Below are positions 14,035 to 27,277 of a stretch of 64,000 nucleotides of DNA, one piece after another (the stretch's first letter is position 1; every line of letters starts with the position of its first letter). The translations under genes were made by a program, and so were the position numbers. Location of the stretch: contig JBHGNT010000004.1 of the NCBI GenBank assembly GCA_043228905.1, forward strand, positions 22,568,001 to 22,632,000, in the 5' to 3' direction. Under the pieces are notes generated by a model, which saw only the letters and a program-made list of their open reading frames with translations, was not told the origin of the DNA and made no database searches. This stretch comes from Azolla caroliniana. Its lineage: Eukaryota; Plantae; Polypodiophyta.

Positions 14035-14717
14035 GCATATAAGCAGTTCAACAGTAGAAGATTCGCTAATAAAATCAAAAGGATATCTGAAACTTATTTG
14101 AAGTTTTACATTGTACACAAAATGATCCGGTCATATCACAAACAAAAACTGATGCAGTGCATCGCAAAACAATTGCCTTGCTCTAGCAGAAAAAGATTTT
14201 CCAATAAGCATATAAGCAGTTCAACACTAGGAAATTGGCTAATAAAAGCAACAGTATATCTGAAACTTTTTTAAAGTTTTAGATTTTACACAAAATGATC
14301 TCTTGGTTATGATTTTCCCCACAGTTCATTATGCGATCAATTGATTTATTACATTTAAAGGAAGCCAGCAATCTCATGGTACATAAGATCATATAACATG
14401 GAGCCAGATAGTGCAGATCGTCATTTCCCAATGCTCTTCATATTGATTGTCTGAAAGGTGCATTAGCATTCCTATCCATTGAGGATGTTTTGATCCATCT
14501 TCCCAATGCAAGAGAGCACATGAACCCCGATGGTGACCTATTTTGTATGTATCTTCTCTCTTTACAAAAGCTTTAGAGCTGCTTTTTTCTATTTGATTGC
14601 CAAATAGAACTTTTCGTTGAAAGTGCCGCCATTTTACCAAAGAATCGTGAGACCAACTATTTCATCGAACAATCTTATATTTATTTCATAAATATGTGTG
14701 GGCCTGATTCACTATGA

Positions 14718-16697
14718 TCAACTTAGCAAGTGCAATGGAGAGGCAATTGTGGGTGGCGACCATACTGTGCTACCTGCACGCTCAGGAGGCCAATACCTAT
14801 ATACCGACCTTGCTATGATGTTCTTCACCGGTAACGGTCCCCTAAGAAACCACACAATATATTGTGAGAAACAAGATTTCTGTGCTACGAGTTTTTTCAA
14901 AACACCTATTAGCCTACTTGCTTACCAGTGATGAGAATCATTGCTGTGATTGCGGTTATCCCCCAGCACAAATACACAGCCTTTTGGAACTTTCTGTCAT
15001 CGGTATAATGAATAAAATTTAATCTAATGGCAAATCCATCTTCACATGGACAACAGATAAATTTTGATCTTTTAACTAACCGTAGCGCTCATTTCATATG
15101 CCATAGGCCCCGCAATAAAATCTTCAGCTTGAGCAATTCCATTCATAAAGAGTTTACCACCTCTAACCTGGGAACAAAAAGAAAATCAAAGATTACCATG
15201 AGAATAAGTTTCGTACAACCCAGCTTAATTAAAAATTTAGTTGCTTATGCATATTCAGAAACATTGTTTTAATATTGGGGCAGTAAATCTTAATCTTAGT
15301 CTGAAATGGTATAAACAACAAAATTAATTTACAATTCCAGCAATATTCTAACAAATCAAGTGGAAGATAATTTGGTCAAAACAAGTATATTTGAAGAGAA
15401 ATACTATAGATTTTCAATGACTTTCAACTAGCAGAGAGTTTGATAATAATAGTAATAAAAAAAACATATACCTCCACTACATCACCAGAGAGAGCTACTA
15501 CTCTTTTGACTATAACTGACCCTGCTCCATCCTGTAAGTCATGCAAGTCATGTATTTAGGGTTATTTTTTCTTAGGTGAATCTATAAAACGCTTCTGATA
15601 TGTGAGATTCCAAAAATCATTTACCTGCAGTGTTGGAGGCGCTTTAAAGAGCACAATATCATTGATTTCTGGCTTCCTGAAATAATAGGAGAGCTGTTGC
15701 GAGCAACACACACACACAAAATCCATATGTCATTCAATTAATTATTGGAATAAGAACTCCCAACATACAAAGGCATAGAACAAATTCGAGCATCCAACAC
15801 AGACATATATAAGCATATGCAAATAAAACAAGGAGATTATGAAGATTCCAAAACAGTGTGCATATGCAAGTAGAAACATGATTTACAACATTTACGCATC
15901 CGAGACACTTGAGTGAAGTATACAATTACAGGAATTGACCATACAAAACACAATCATATGCAAGAAAATGCATATATTCACAGGAATTAGAAGCACACAA
16001 AATGATCATTCGCAAGTAAGAGCATAATTTTCAACTAAAACACATGCATATTCAAGAAAAACAATACCTTTTCGGCAATAATTCGATCCCCGACTTCAAA
16101 AGTAGGTAGCATGGACTTAGAAGAGATGTATCGTAGATCAGCTACAAACGATCTAAGTAAAGTCGCCACAATATTGCCAGATTTGCCTCTAGCCATTGCC
16201 AAAGAGGGCGAAGATGTAGAAGAGCCAATCCAACTCTGCAAATCACCATTGTTACGATCTTTGCTATTACTAATACTCTGATGGCATGGTTCATCGATTA
16301 TTGCATTGCATAATATCCTGTCTCTGGCAAGGGTTAGGATTGGGGTCTCAGGTCGTCGGCATCTCGGCCAATATAACAGATCTGTTGTTATTCTTCTCTG
16401 ATCTCCGACAATTACATCCAAGAGCTCGTTCCGTTTTGAACATGGATAGAATTCGTTCCATGCCTTTAAAGGCCCATAGACAGAGGAAGAAGAATATGAT
16501 GAAGTGGCGCAAAGAGCCGAGACTGCGGATGTGCAGATGTATTTCGAAGACCCGAAGGAGCCCACAATAGTGTTGATGAAGTTGTGTTCGTAAGGATTGG
16601 AGAGCCAGACACGGAGGAGAGAAGAGATCAACAAGAGGGAGAGGAGGATGAGAGAGGGGCGGAAGAGGGCAGAAGCGATCTGGGCAGTCACACACAT
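14718..16697 (-). CDS. Type I signal peptidase (thylakoidal processing peptidase / Plsp-like, family S26)
   Basis: Exon 1 (16697-16068) ends [23 protein letters not shown], which carries the catalytic Ser. Further exons are [38 protein letters not shown] (catalytic Lys), [32 protein letters not shown] and [21 protein letters not shown]...*. The start codon choice is inferred. Confidence 0.92.
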
Positions 16698-16986
16698 GGC
16701 TGCACAAATCTCTGGGTCGTTCACTGTGCTTTCTCCCTCTCTGTGTCTGCGTCTGTGCTTCTGCACGCACGATCTGAGATAGGGAGATAAAGAAAAGGGG
16801 AAAAGGAGGGGGAAGGAGACCCTGTTTTTAAGGTGTGGTGTGGTGAGGGTGAGGGGAGTAGGGGTGGGGCCATAGCCTGCTACTCTCTGTCTCTCTCTCT
16901 CTCTCTCTTCATCATCTGATCTGAGACAGGAATGGGAGACAGAAACAGGGGAGAATTAAGGGGTGGGGCAGGGGATGAAGAAGGAG

Positions 16987-17023
<37 letters not shown>

Positions 17024-17292
17024 GAGTATTTTGGCTACTCCAGAGTCCTTTGTCCAACACCCAGGGGCATCAATGTAAAGACACAAAACTTATGTGCACA
17101 TGTATTGATCCTTCGGATCCCCGTAAGATGGACAGCTACTACGTATACTACCCCTCCAAATCACTACTACTATATCCACGAATAGTTACGCGGTTTTATG
17201 AAGACCGTAATTAGGTCATTGCACGCATATCCTGGTCGTGACTTCGCTTATCATGGCATACCTCTGTGATCAATTGCAATGTGTTCGAGAAA

Positions 17293-17700
17293 ATGACGAT
17301 CGCATTGATCGAGCACTTGCCCAATGAGATCTTATGTAGTTTGTTTTTTAGGTGTCCATGTCCAAAACATGTCTCAAGCTAGCTACTCCGGCAAACTGTA
17401 TGCAAAGCTTGACAGTAGGAGTTAAAAACATAACATAGAGGATACACTTACATGATTTTTTGTTTGGGTTGCCTCATACAACAATATATAGTGCATTGCA
17501 TTCAACTGAGATGGTCTAAAGTATGGCCATTACTTTTTATGTGATCATGTGTTAACCTAGAAACCTTCGAGACTTCTTCCCGATCCATTGTAATATAACT
17601 ACCTTTTATGAGTTCTCATGGTTTTGTGAGAAGTGTGGATACTATTTGCTCACATTTGAGAATGCCTCCAATGGTAGCCTGATTAAGAATGCATCACTTA
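17293..17700 (+). pseudogene. Possible F-box gene relic
   Basis: The frame from ATG 17293 reads MTIALIEHLPNEILCSLFFR...*LLRQTVCKA*Q, fitting the F-box pattern LPxEIL...R.VCKxW with TGG>TGA. An ASNGSL segment follows near 17665. Confidence 0.35.
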
Positions 17701-19093
17701 AGGTAATGTTCCAAACTTTGTTTTCTCTTATAATCAATCATGTGATGTGTCATTATTTGTATAAATTATTTTTTTAGTTGGTAAGTAGCCTATTCGTTTC
17801 AAGACTTAATTTATACCAATTTATCAATCTAGTTTGTTAACTTATTGTCCTCTCTTTCCGACATTGGTTGTGTCGTGAACGAGGTGATAATTCTAAAACC
17901 CAAAAACACATTAGGTGGGTTTGAAATATCCATCAAGAGCACATGTATGCACCACCCTATGCAATACCCATTGAGGCCAACATTGTCTACATATTGTCCT
18001 AATGAAAGCTACAATGGGAGGGTTTGTGTTGGCAATGCCAGAGAACCATTGGAGGGGTAGAATGCATTCAAATCACTAGACCGCCCAGTGAGGTCCAGTG
18101 TAGAGGATACATCATGTGTTTTTTTAAAGCAAATTTGTATCTATAGCTTGGGAGTGTAATGGTTTGTATTGAATGCAAACGAGCTATCTAGGAGTATAAA
18201 ATGATGGAAAGAGTATAGAACTAGTTGGTTTAGTGGGCTAATCAATTAATATTTATTAAGTGGAACATTGAACGGATCAATACATGCACATTTTTTTCGT
18301 CGAAGTTTCAAACGAAGTAGTAGACTATCTGCTTCAGAAGATGTAACTAACTAACACAATGAAGATCTAGTTGTCTAGATAACAATATTCTTCCCCAAAA
18401 AAGGTATTCCATTTTAAGAATGAGCCCCATGTGCAAGGAATTTGGAAGAACTTCATGTTAAATGAAATAGAACGAGTCTTTGATCAATAAGTACATGGTA
18501 TAAAACGTCATGCGTGATGTCAATGCATGATGAAATCTCAATATGTCACCATGGTTACTAAGAAAGAGGAGAATAAAGCATTGGTTTTCTTTAGTGTGAC
18601 TTTAAGTGTATAACGGATTTCTGATTATTCTCTCAAGATTTGTGAACATATGAGTCAAATAAAGAAAGATATGTTGTTTCATTTAGATAAAACACTATCC
18701 TAGACAAAAACAATGATAAAACTTTCTATGTTGTTTTAAGTTTTTAGATGGTAAAATATTTCCCTCTCATGATATTCACATATTGGGTGACTTTGGGAAA
18801 TGAAGATGTGACTATGTGAGTCAAAATTAATTGAAGATCGAGTTCGAGTTGAGAATGTAAACGTATGACATCATGGGCTATGTAACTTGATTGTGATCCA
18901 AGTTCTCACTAAAAGGTGAATGATACACAAAGAAATCACATCCTTGACCATCTTTAAATAGTTTGTCTTCATTCCTAACGAATGGGAAAGTAGCTTCATT
19001 TTGAAAAAATAACTTGTTTTTCTGGCATTTCTGTGATTCGTATTTCAGCTTCGTTTGGTTATTGTGATTAATTCCGCAACGATTTCTCAACAC

Positions 19094-19640
19094 CATACAC
19101 ATAATGAGAGCGCTTCTTGCCATGAGATAAACAATTTTTTGAACACATGAAGAGTCAGGAATATTAACTGAAATACACCCGTCCAGGAATTGCCACTATG
19201 AAGCGTTAATTATAGTTTTCCTCCCATGTGTTAAACCCTTGTTCTCAATGAAATATTGAACAATATATATCCATGGTTGTGAGTCTGAACACATGTCTTA
19301 CAATAATGAATATATACAAGCCATCATAAGATAACCAATGAGAGCGCTTCTTGCCATATCGAACAATATACATAATGAGAGTGTTTCTTGCCATATCGAA
19401 CAATATACATAATGAGAGTACTTCTTGCCATGATATAACCAATTTTTTGAACACATGAAGATTCGGGAATATTAACTGAAATACACCCGTTCAAGAATTG
19501 CCACTATGAAGCATTAATTACAGTTGTCCTCCCATGTGTTAAACCCTTGTTCTCAATCAAATATTGAACAATATATATCCATGGTTGTGAGTCTGAACAC
19601 ATACATGTCTTATAATAATGAAAATCTACAAGCCATCATA
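19094..19640. repeat. Compound tandem duplication (~235-bp unit twice with ~37-bp sub-repeats between)
   Basis: cataatgagagcgcttcttgccat...aattttttgaacacatgaaga...caagccatcata occurs twice. aatgagagxxxttcttgccat is reiterated at ~19337, ~19373 and ~19411. Confidence 0.85.
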
Positions 19641-19919
19641 TGTATAGATAAGTCCAATATTCGAGCTCCCCCCAAGCGCTTAGGGGTTGCTAGATGATTT
19701 CATGCAACCCATGTGATTCCCATCTTATCCCTATTCCTCCACAACAAATATTGAAGAGGTTGCAAAACAAAATGCAAAGCCTTCTTTGTCCACAACATCA
19801 ATGACAAGCAATATAATATCATGGGTTCCATATTACATTGTGATTTTGAATACATGAAATGGCCAAGTTTGTGATTTCGAATACATGAAATGGCCAAGAT
19901 TTTGATTTCCAATACATGA

Positions 19920-20680
19920 GCTTATTCCCTAACTTAACATTTATTCAATCAATTGACCATTTGTAACGTTCATTCCCAATGGATACCCCAAGTGTCGAAA
20001 AATAGAGCCTTTCCTAACCACGAATCCTTCCCATCCTAAACATTTCAAATCCCTTTCAGTACATGCTATGATATTAGACTTCCTCGAATTAATATGTTTT
20101 CCAGAAGCCAATGCAAATTGGTTCCATACAAGCATCCCCTTCTATAAAAGAATCATCTGCCAAAGCTTACGCTACCATTTGCCCTCTAGAAGAAAGGTGT
20201 AGAGCTACAATGTCATTATTTGTTGCAAGCCTTGATAACATCACTAACAAGAGATGAGTAACAATAACAAACAACAATAGGCTAAGTGGGCACCCTTGAC
20301 GAACAGATCTCATGAAGGAAATATCTTATGTTATTCCCGCATTAAGAATTACTCGAGACACCATCTCTCTCTCTCTCTCTTTGTGATGAGAATGGCCGAC
20401 TATGCATACTTTTCCCTAAACAAGTTCGAGAGTCTGAGTATCACACTTTGATACAATGCTCTACCTTTGATCATATTCGACCATGCTTTCCACATCTCTT
20501 TGATCGAGCCCAATCCTTGCACGAATTTCTCTCACAACCACGATGTGCACTTGAATGTGTGCTACAAAATAAGGGGAGAAAATTGTAGGGTCTACCATGC
20601 GATACAAACTGATGCTTTTGATCGAGGCTTACATGAATTGCCCATTATGTTGTAAAATTGTTATCCAATAAAGCTTTGAC
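19920..20680 (-). mobile_element. Degenerate LINE (non-LTR retrotransposon) reverse-transcriptase fragment
   Basis: The minus strand reads RSVRQGCPLSLLLFVIVTHLLLVML...*ALADDSF and, further on, IFRHLGYPLG. These are the QGCPLS, xADD and YLG motifs of LINE RT in the expected order, with stops and frameshifts. Confidence 0.85.
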
Positions 20681-22249
20681 CAAAAATCTTGGATGTGGAG
20701 TAGTCACACAAAAAGAGACCACTTGAAATTACTCGGCTAGAGATTGATTGGCTGCTTGAAGAGAAACCATACCCCTTGCATAGATTTGGGCAACTCGTAC
20801 ATATCAAAGAGCATCGACCAAATATTATAGACCCACAATACGTGTTTCCACCTGGAGAGAATGGAGTCCTACGATTAGAGTTGTAATAAGCCCATTTAAG
20901 AGAGTAGATATCAAGAGCCATTCGGATAAAAAGAGAGAGATGAGATATAAAATTGTTTCCATTGCAAGGTGAATTCCCTCAATATTATTATGGCAATCAT
21001 TTTTTATAAAATTGGAAGTCATACAAAGTCCCTTCTCACATTGCGTGGCTAAAGAAGAGAGAAGAGTTATACAATTACTTCTATGGCAAGGTGATTTTCT
21101 TTTATATTATTTTAGCAAATGTTTTCTGCAAAAACATAAAATCACACAAAGTCTCTTCTCGTAATATTTTAGGATATGGATGCATGTGGTCTGTGCTTTT
21201 TGCCATTGTTGGTTAGTTGACATTTTTACACCCCTTGTAGTGCATGCATATTGGATTCTCTTAAGCTCCCATAACCCATTTTGTCATGAGTGTTATTGTA
21301 TATAACTTTTGTGTTTGTCATGAATCGAGCTTTCAAATTATATGCAAAATGTTTGGGCTATTTGTTGGGTTCCAAGGCCATTTGCATTGTGCTAAGTGAT
21401 TATTGAACCAATGGGGGCATTTTTGGGGCCATGTAGTGCGTGTATGTTGGTTGCCCTTGAGCTTGCATTTCTCATTTATGCACTTGTTTGTTTGGATCTC
21501 TTATGTGTTCATCACAGCATGCATTGTGGATGAAGAATTCCACCCACGTAATTTTGAGGATGCTCACTTCATCATGTGGAGGTGCCAAATAAGTTATGTT
21601 TATCCAATAGCGTTGAACTCTTACTACTATCAAATATACAAAATCAAATATGTTGGATGAAGAATGTAAAGTGCTTGATGACTTCCTACTTCTGTCACCC
21701 ACATGCACCTAGTGGATAGTGTATACCTAATAAGTTTGATAGATGAAGCCACCTCAAATGCATTGTAGAATTACTTGTGTACATTTTGTGAGACTTCCAT
21801 GGGTATAAATGGTATCCATGTGCTAAGAGATATAATACTGTAATAAAATAGAACAGTAGTTAGATTGATGGGAATCTAATCCTAGACTGCTTTTGACTAG
21901 AATCTTTGAGGAACATAGTCATAGGGTTAGTTAGGCAGTAGTGCTTTCGTAATATGTTCTAATTTTGTACCTGTATTGGCGCACTAATTTGTGATAACTA
22001 AATATGTATACGATAAGGGGAGCATGGAATTAAATTTTAATGTTGCATTCAATGTAGCCTCCACCCCTTGTACCTCACCTTTTGTATGATTGAAATAACA
22101 ATCACAAGAGATACCTTCTAGAGTTGTATTGTTGTAGGCTCTAGCTATTGTATTCTTGCCAATGTTTATATTAATTAACTGCTCAATTAAATGCGTGGAT
22201 ACAACGTCAATCACTACATATTTGACTAGATTAAGAATATATGTTAGTA

Positions 22250-22740
22250 ACTCATTGGGAGCACATCAAACATTGGAGGAGACCACATAGTCAACGACTC
22301 ATTAACAATCTCAAGATTTGTGAACAATATCATGTTCACCCCAATAGCCAATACTTGAATCAACTAATTTGGTGATAAATTTGGAAGATAAAGATAAACT
22401 CCATGCTACATTTTCACATTGACAAAAGGTGCAACGATTTGGATGACATGCATAAATGCACATTTTTTCTACTCATTCAATGTTGGGTACATTGTTGCAT
22501 CAAATAGAAAAAAATTATATGCCGCGATCATCTAGTGGAAGAGTTTGGCATAACATGTGTCATTCCTACGTTGCATTGTGATAGCATGAATGTCAATTTG
22601 TTAGCACATAATCCAATACTTTGTGTGAAGATGAAATGCATTATGGTGAGGTATCACAAATGAGGTATCGAGGACAAGCATGTGGATTGGATATTGTCAA
22701 TATGCATATATGTATAGGATGAGTTAATCCTACGTATATT
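22250..22740 (+). mobile_element. Highly decayed Copia RNase H relic
   Basis: At ~22562-22658 the sequence reads PTLHCDSMNVNLLAHNPILCVKMKCIMVRYH, collinear with Copia RNase H LHCDSQSAIxLAxNPVFHARTKHIEVRYH. Boundaries are approximate. Confidence 0.55.
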
Positions 22741-23483
22741 CTGGAGCATAACATAAACATTTTTATTATTGTTCTAGGTGCTAAAAAATACAACAATAAT
22801 AATAAAGTTGTTTACCAATGGCATAAATATTGGAAAGAAACTAATATAGATTTCAAGCTATGTTTGTTTTATTGTCACTCGTAATTAGTTAATGTATATT
22901 AATAATAATACATCTATGTATGTGGTTTATGCATACATATGCCCACACAGAAAAACACTTGGATCTAAACAAATAAAGAGATAGATATACAAAGAATTGT
23001 CTTTGAGACGCATGGATAAACCAACCTCCACCTTAAGTTGTGTTTTGCTAGGGAAGGTCTTCTCTTTCTGACCATGTATTCTCTACTCTTCGTTTCATTC
23101 TTCCCAAATAATCTGGTTTGCAATGAAATGTGGCCTCAATGCATACATTACTTTTATGAAAGGAGAGGGAGAGGGAGGGAGAAACAATATCATCAATTTA
23201 TTGCCTTAATCGATGCACCTAGCTTGTCAATATTTCTTGAGTTTCGTCTAGTGCAAAGTAGAAGATAATATCTCTTGAATTTCCAACAAACCATTAGTTG
23301 TCGAACAATATGTTGACAACAAACTAGTCAACAACTTGAATTTTCTTCTACTTCTAAATGCATGATAAATTCCATAACATATATTCAACATTTGAACCAT
23401 TACGACAAGTTGTTATTTATGAAAAAAGAGAGAGGGAAAGTAAGAGAGTATTACACAATGCACGTTATGGCTAATCTAAACTA

Positions 23484-24257
23484 GGGAAAAGTACCAAGAT
23501 ACCCCTGGAAGTTTGTCTATTTACCAGAATGCCCTTGGAAGTTCCAAATTTACCAAACTACCCCAATGTTTAAAAAAATACACTTTATAAAGTAATTATG
23601 CACTCAAATCGACAAGCCCTATTTACCAAAATACCCTTCAAACACAAATTTCTTTACTTAAGGAATTCTTTGGGTCCTTTGTACCTAAAAGTGTAGTCTT
23701 TCTTTTCTTTCTTGTTAATTGGGTTGATCGATCATCTTCATCATCAGGATCCATAAAAATACTCGCAAACCAAAATTAATTATCGAAATGTAATAATGAC
23801 ATGTTAATTTTGATCCGTCTACAAAAAGTGTAATTCCAAAAATATCCACAAAAACAAATATATCTATCAACTCAACAAAATATATAATAATGCACAATCG
23901 TCACTAATTTGGGGCCCTACAACTGCGAGCATTGTGTCCTTTCCCACGACACCTTCCACAACGATGTTCTTTCGATAAGTATTTCTATGGATCCCGATGA
24001 TGAAGACGATTGATCAACCCAATGAACGAGAAAGAAAAGAAAGACTACATTGTTAGGTACAAAGGACCCAAATAATTGCTTAAGTAAAGAAATTTGTGTT
24101 CGAAGGGTATTCTAGTAAATAGGGCTTGTAGATTTGAGTGTATAATTACTTTATAAAGTGTATTTTTTTGGACATAGGGGTAGTTTGGTAAATTTGGAAC
24201 TTCTAGGGGCATTCTGGTAAATAGACAAACTTCCAAGGGTATCCCGATACTTTTCCC
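23484..24257. mobile_element. Non-autonomous Mutator-like (MULE) foldback element, 774 bp
   Basis: About 280-bp terminal inverted repeats starting GGGAAAAGTA (23484-~23763, ~23978-24257), with 9-bp TSD TCTAAACTA / TCTAAATTA (1 mismatch). Confidence 0.9.
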
Positions 24258-24707
24258 TCTAAATTATTAACTCTCCAAAAAAAGGGGAGCTCTTTAGTAC
24301 ATAGCTGAAATTTGGTGGAGAACCGAGGTCCAGGTTAAAGTAGGCTAGGAGCTCCACATGTAATGGATAAAGAGGAACAAAAAAGTGTACAAGTTGGTAA
24401 GAAAGGAAAGATTGGGATACTGCTAAAGAAAGAAGTTTGGGTGAAAACAAGTAATGTGAAAGAAAGGATGTAGAAGGATTGATAAAAAACCACTTCAAAA
24501 GGTACAAAGAGAATAAAGATGTGTTTGAGGAAAATGGACTCTTAAAAAAAAAAGACTAAGGCGTAAGAAGATTACAAGGGATGGAGTGAATGGGGGTTTT
24601 ATGGTGAAAGTCCTTCATGAACAATGCAATATTAATATTTTCATGTGATTGCTCCGATCAATGATAGGAAGTGGCAATTGGCCCGAGAAATGGTTGCAAT
24701 ATAAGAT

Positions 24708-24862
24708 ACAACTTTTGTTTACAAGGCCCGTAACTTTGGGGCCCTTGTCCATGAAAAACGAGGGAGTTACGACAAAGTTGGGTGGTGTTCTCCCACAATA
24801 CAACTTTTGTTTACAAAGGGCCATAACTTTGGGGCCCTTTGTCCATGAAAAACAAGGGAGTT
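24708..24862. repeat. Short direct repeat pair
   Basis: acaacttttgtttacaa...taactttggggccc...gtccatgaaaaac occurs at ~24708 and ~24800. Confidence 0.75.
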
Positions 24863-26509
24863 TCAACACAATTAGGTGGTGTTCTCCCATCCTTTATGTT
24901 CGGCCTGTTTTCGTTCTCATAATGGTGGATAATTCCTCGTTTGATTGCAAATACATGCTCCACGTGACAAGGATGTCAACGATGATGATAAACAACAACA
25001 AATATTGAAATGTGATGATCAATGGTGACAACTATGGCTCACACAAGGCACTTGGAGGGAAAAGTAGAGCAAGAAAAATAAGTTTATAATGTTTCTTATG
25101 GAGGTCAACGTGCTTATTAGATGCGAGAAGCACTTATAAGTTATGTTGAGTTGTCCTGAAGCCAAAGGTGGCTTAACTAAATTATTCTAGTGTGCTCGAG
25201 GAGACTTCACTAAAGCCATTGATGCTAGCCAAAGACGAATCTTATTTGTTTGTAGAAAAAGTGTCTTGTTCTTCTCGCATGTGGGTCTTGGGTATCTCAG
25301 AGCCATGAGATATCTAACCCTCTCTAGGATTATCCCTTTTAAGTGAGGTCATTTGCTTCTCATGTACTGTATTAGGGCTTATATGTGTGGTAGTGAATGC
25401 GTTTGGACCTACATTCTTCCAATTGGTGTCAAGATGTCATATCCTCTGAAATGGTGGATTGACACCTATGTAATGTAAAGAAATAAAAACAAATGTGTCC
25501 TTTACTTCAACCAAAAGCTCAAAAAAAACAAAAGAAAAATTTATTTTCTCTTAAGAAAACCTCACGTCTAGTAAAACATGTAATTGAGATGAACGGAAAT
25601 ATACTAGTGAAAAGAACATGCTTGTTTCACATGTGTTGGGCCTAACATACCGATGGCAAAATGTACAATAATAAACTCATTATTAGGGAAACTAAATGTA
25701 TTGAAACGACCGAACTTTTCCTTTGAGCTATACAATACAACCACCCAATTGTATGTATAGATGTACTAAAGCTCTCCCAACAACCTCTCAACTTCGTCTC
25801 TCTACAAAAGACAAAAGATATTCGGATGTTTTTACTTTCACTCTCATCGTTGTTTTATGTTACTAGGTCATGTATGACCACCCATGAATACATTCACGAA
25901 TTGGGAGGCAATGTTCACTGCATCTTGTAACATGTGTGTATGCTACACGTTAACTCTCGTAAGTTAATATATAACTCACGAATACGTTCACAAATGGGAG
26001 GCAAGGGTTTGTTGCATGGGTGGTGTGTACATAATGTATAGTTGAGAATGGAATAAAGCATGATGACGATGATGCATGCCATGTCATGGATGTTATGCCA
26101 TATAATACCATGCATGTGCCATGCCATATGCCATGTGGTTTGTTTGTGACGAAATATTGCACCGCAGGAGCGCACGCTTATAGCATCTTCCTTTTTCTAT
26201 TATTATTTACATACATACATATATGTACATATATTAGAGAATTTTTTTAGCAACCTCCTTTTTCTTTGATTATAGTTTATTTATTCGATTTTAAAGAAAA
26301 TCCGTTATGTACATATTTTCTTTTATTATTAATTTGTTTATTTTAGAAAAGAAAGACATGAAAAATTAGGGAATATTATGTATATACATATAGTGGCAGT
26401 CACTAATAACTATTTTATCCATTTAATAAAATCAAGATCGAGCAAACCAACGAGAATGGAGTCATTATAAAAGATACAGGAGTTAATCTCACATTAATAA
26501 TAGAAATAA

Positions 26510-26918
26510 GGGAAAAGTATCAGGATACCCCTGGAAGTTCACCTATTTCCTATAATGCCCCTGGAGGTTCCAAATTTACCAAACTACCCCTATGTCCAAA
26601 AAAATACACTTTATAAAGTAATTATACACTCAAATCTAAAAACCCTATTTACCATAATACCCTTCAAACACAAATTTCTTTAATTAAACAACAATGCGAA
26701 TACATTCAGAAAGATCCTACGTTAACTTATGTATCTTCTCACTTTCAATGGCTTAGCCAATACAAGTCATCAGATTGTGACAATGATGGTAGAGATCATT
26801 CGAAAAGGTATTATGTGGTCACCAGCTTTGGCACATAGGGGTAGTTTGGTAAATTTAGAACTTTCAAGGGCATTCTGGTAAATAGACAAACTTCCAGGGG
26901 AATCCTGGTACTTTTCCC
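26510..26918. mobile_element. Second MULE-like MITE of the same family, 409 bp, in the AGO upstream region
   Basis: Same GGGAAAAGTA...TACTTTTCCC termini. The left arm is ~175 bp and the right arm ~90 bp. 9-bp TSD TAGAAATAA / TAGAAATGA (1 mismatch). Confidence 0.9.
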
Positions 26919-27277
26919 TAGAAATGACGCAGGGAATTAATGATAATTAAGGAGCCCGATTAGTGACAAAGGACATAATTAACGAGTTCGTTAAATAATT
27001 GGTTTAATCACTTCGGCGCCCCACGAACACACCAGACGCAGAGAAAAAAAGCTGAGACGATCAAACAGAACAGTTTTAAAGCAGGCAGAGACACCTCTGC
27101 GGATCCACCTGCACCTGCACCTTCATCTTCATCTCGATCTTGATCTTGATCTTCACCTTCACCTTCGTCTTCACCTTCGCCTTGATCTTCTGTTTCCCTC
27201 CCCTCCCCTGGCCTCCTCCTGCTAATCAATCAAGCTCCCATCTTTCCGGCCCCTTCCTCCTCCTCTTCCTCCTCCAC

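Noticed and set aside
19330-19440. ~37-bp repeats resembling a CRISPR array
   Set aside because: They are head-to-tail with no unique spacers, in a eukaryotic context with no cas genes. This is a plain tandem duplication.
25000-25450. Possible LTR followed by a PBS-like TGGTGTCAAG
   Set aside because: No clear TG...CA boundaries, TSD or internal domain could be fixed.
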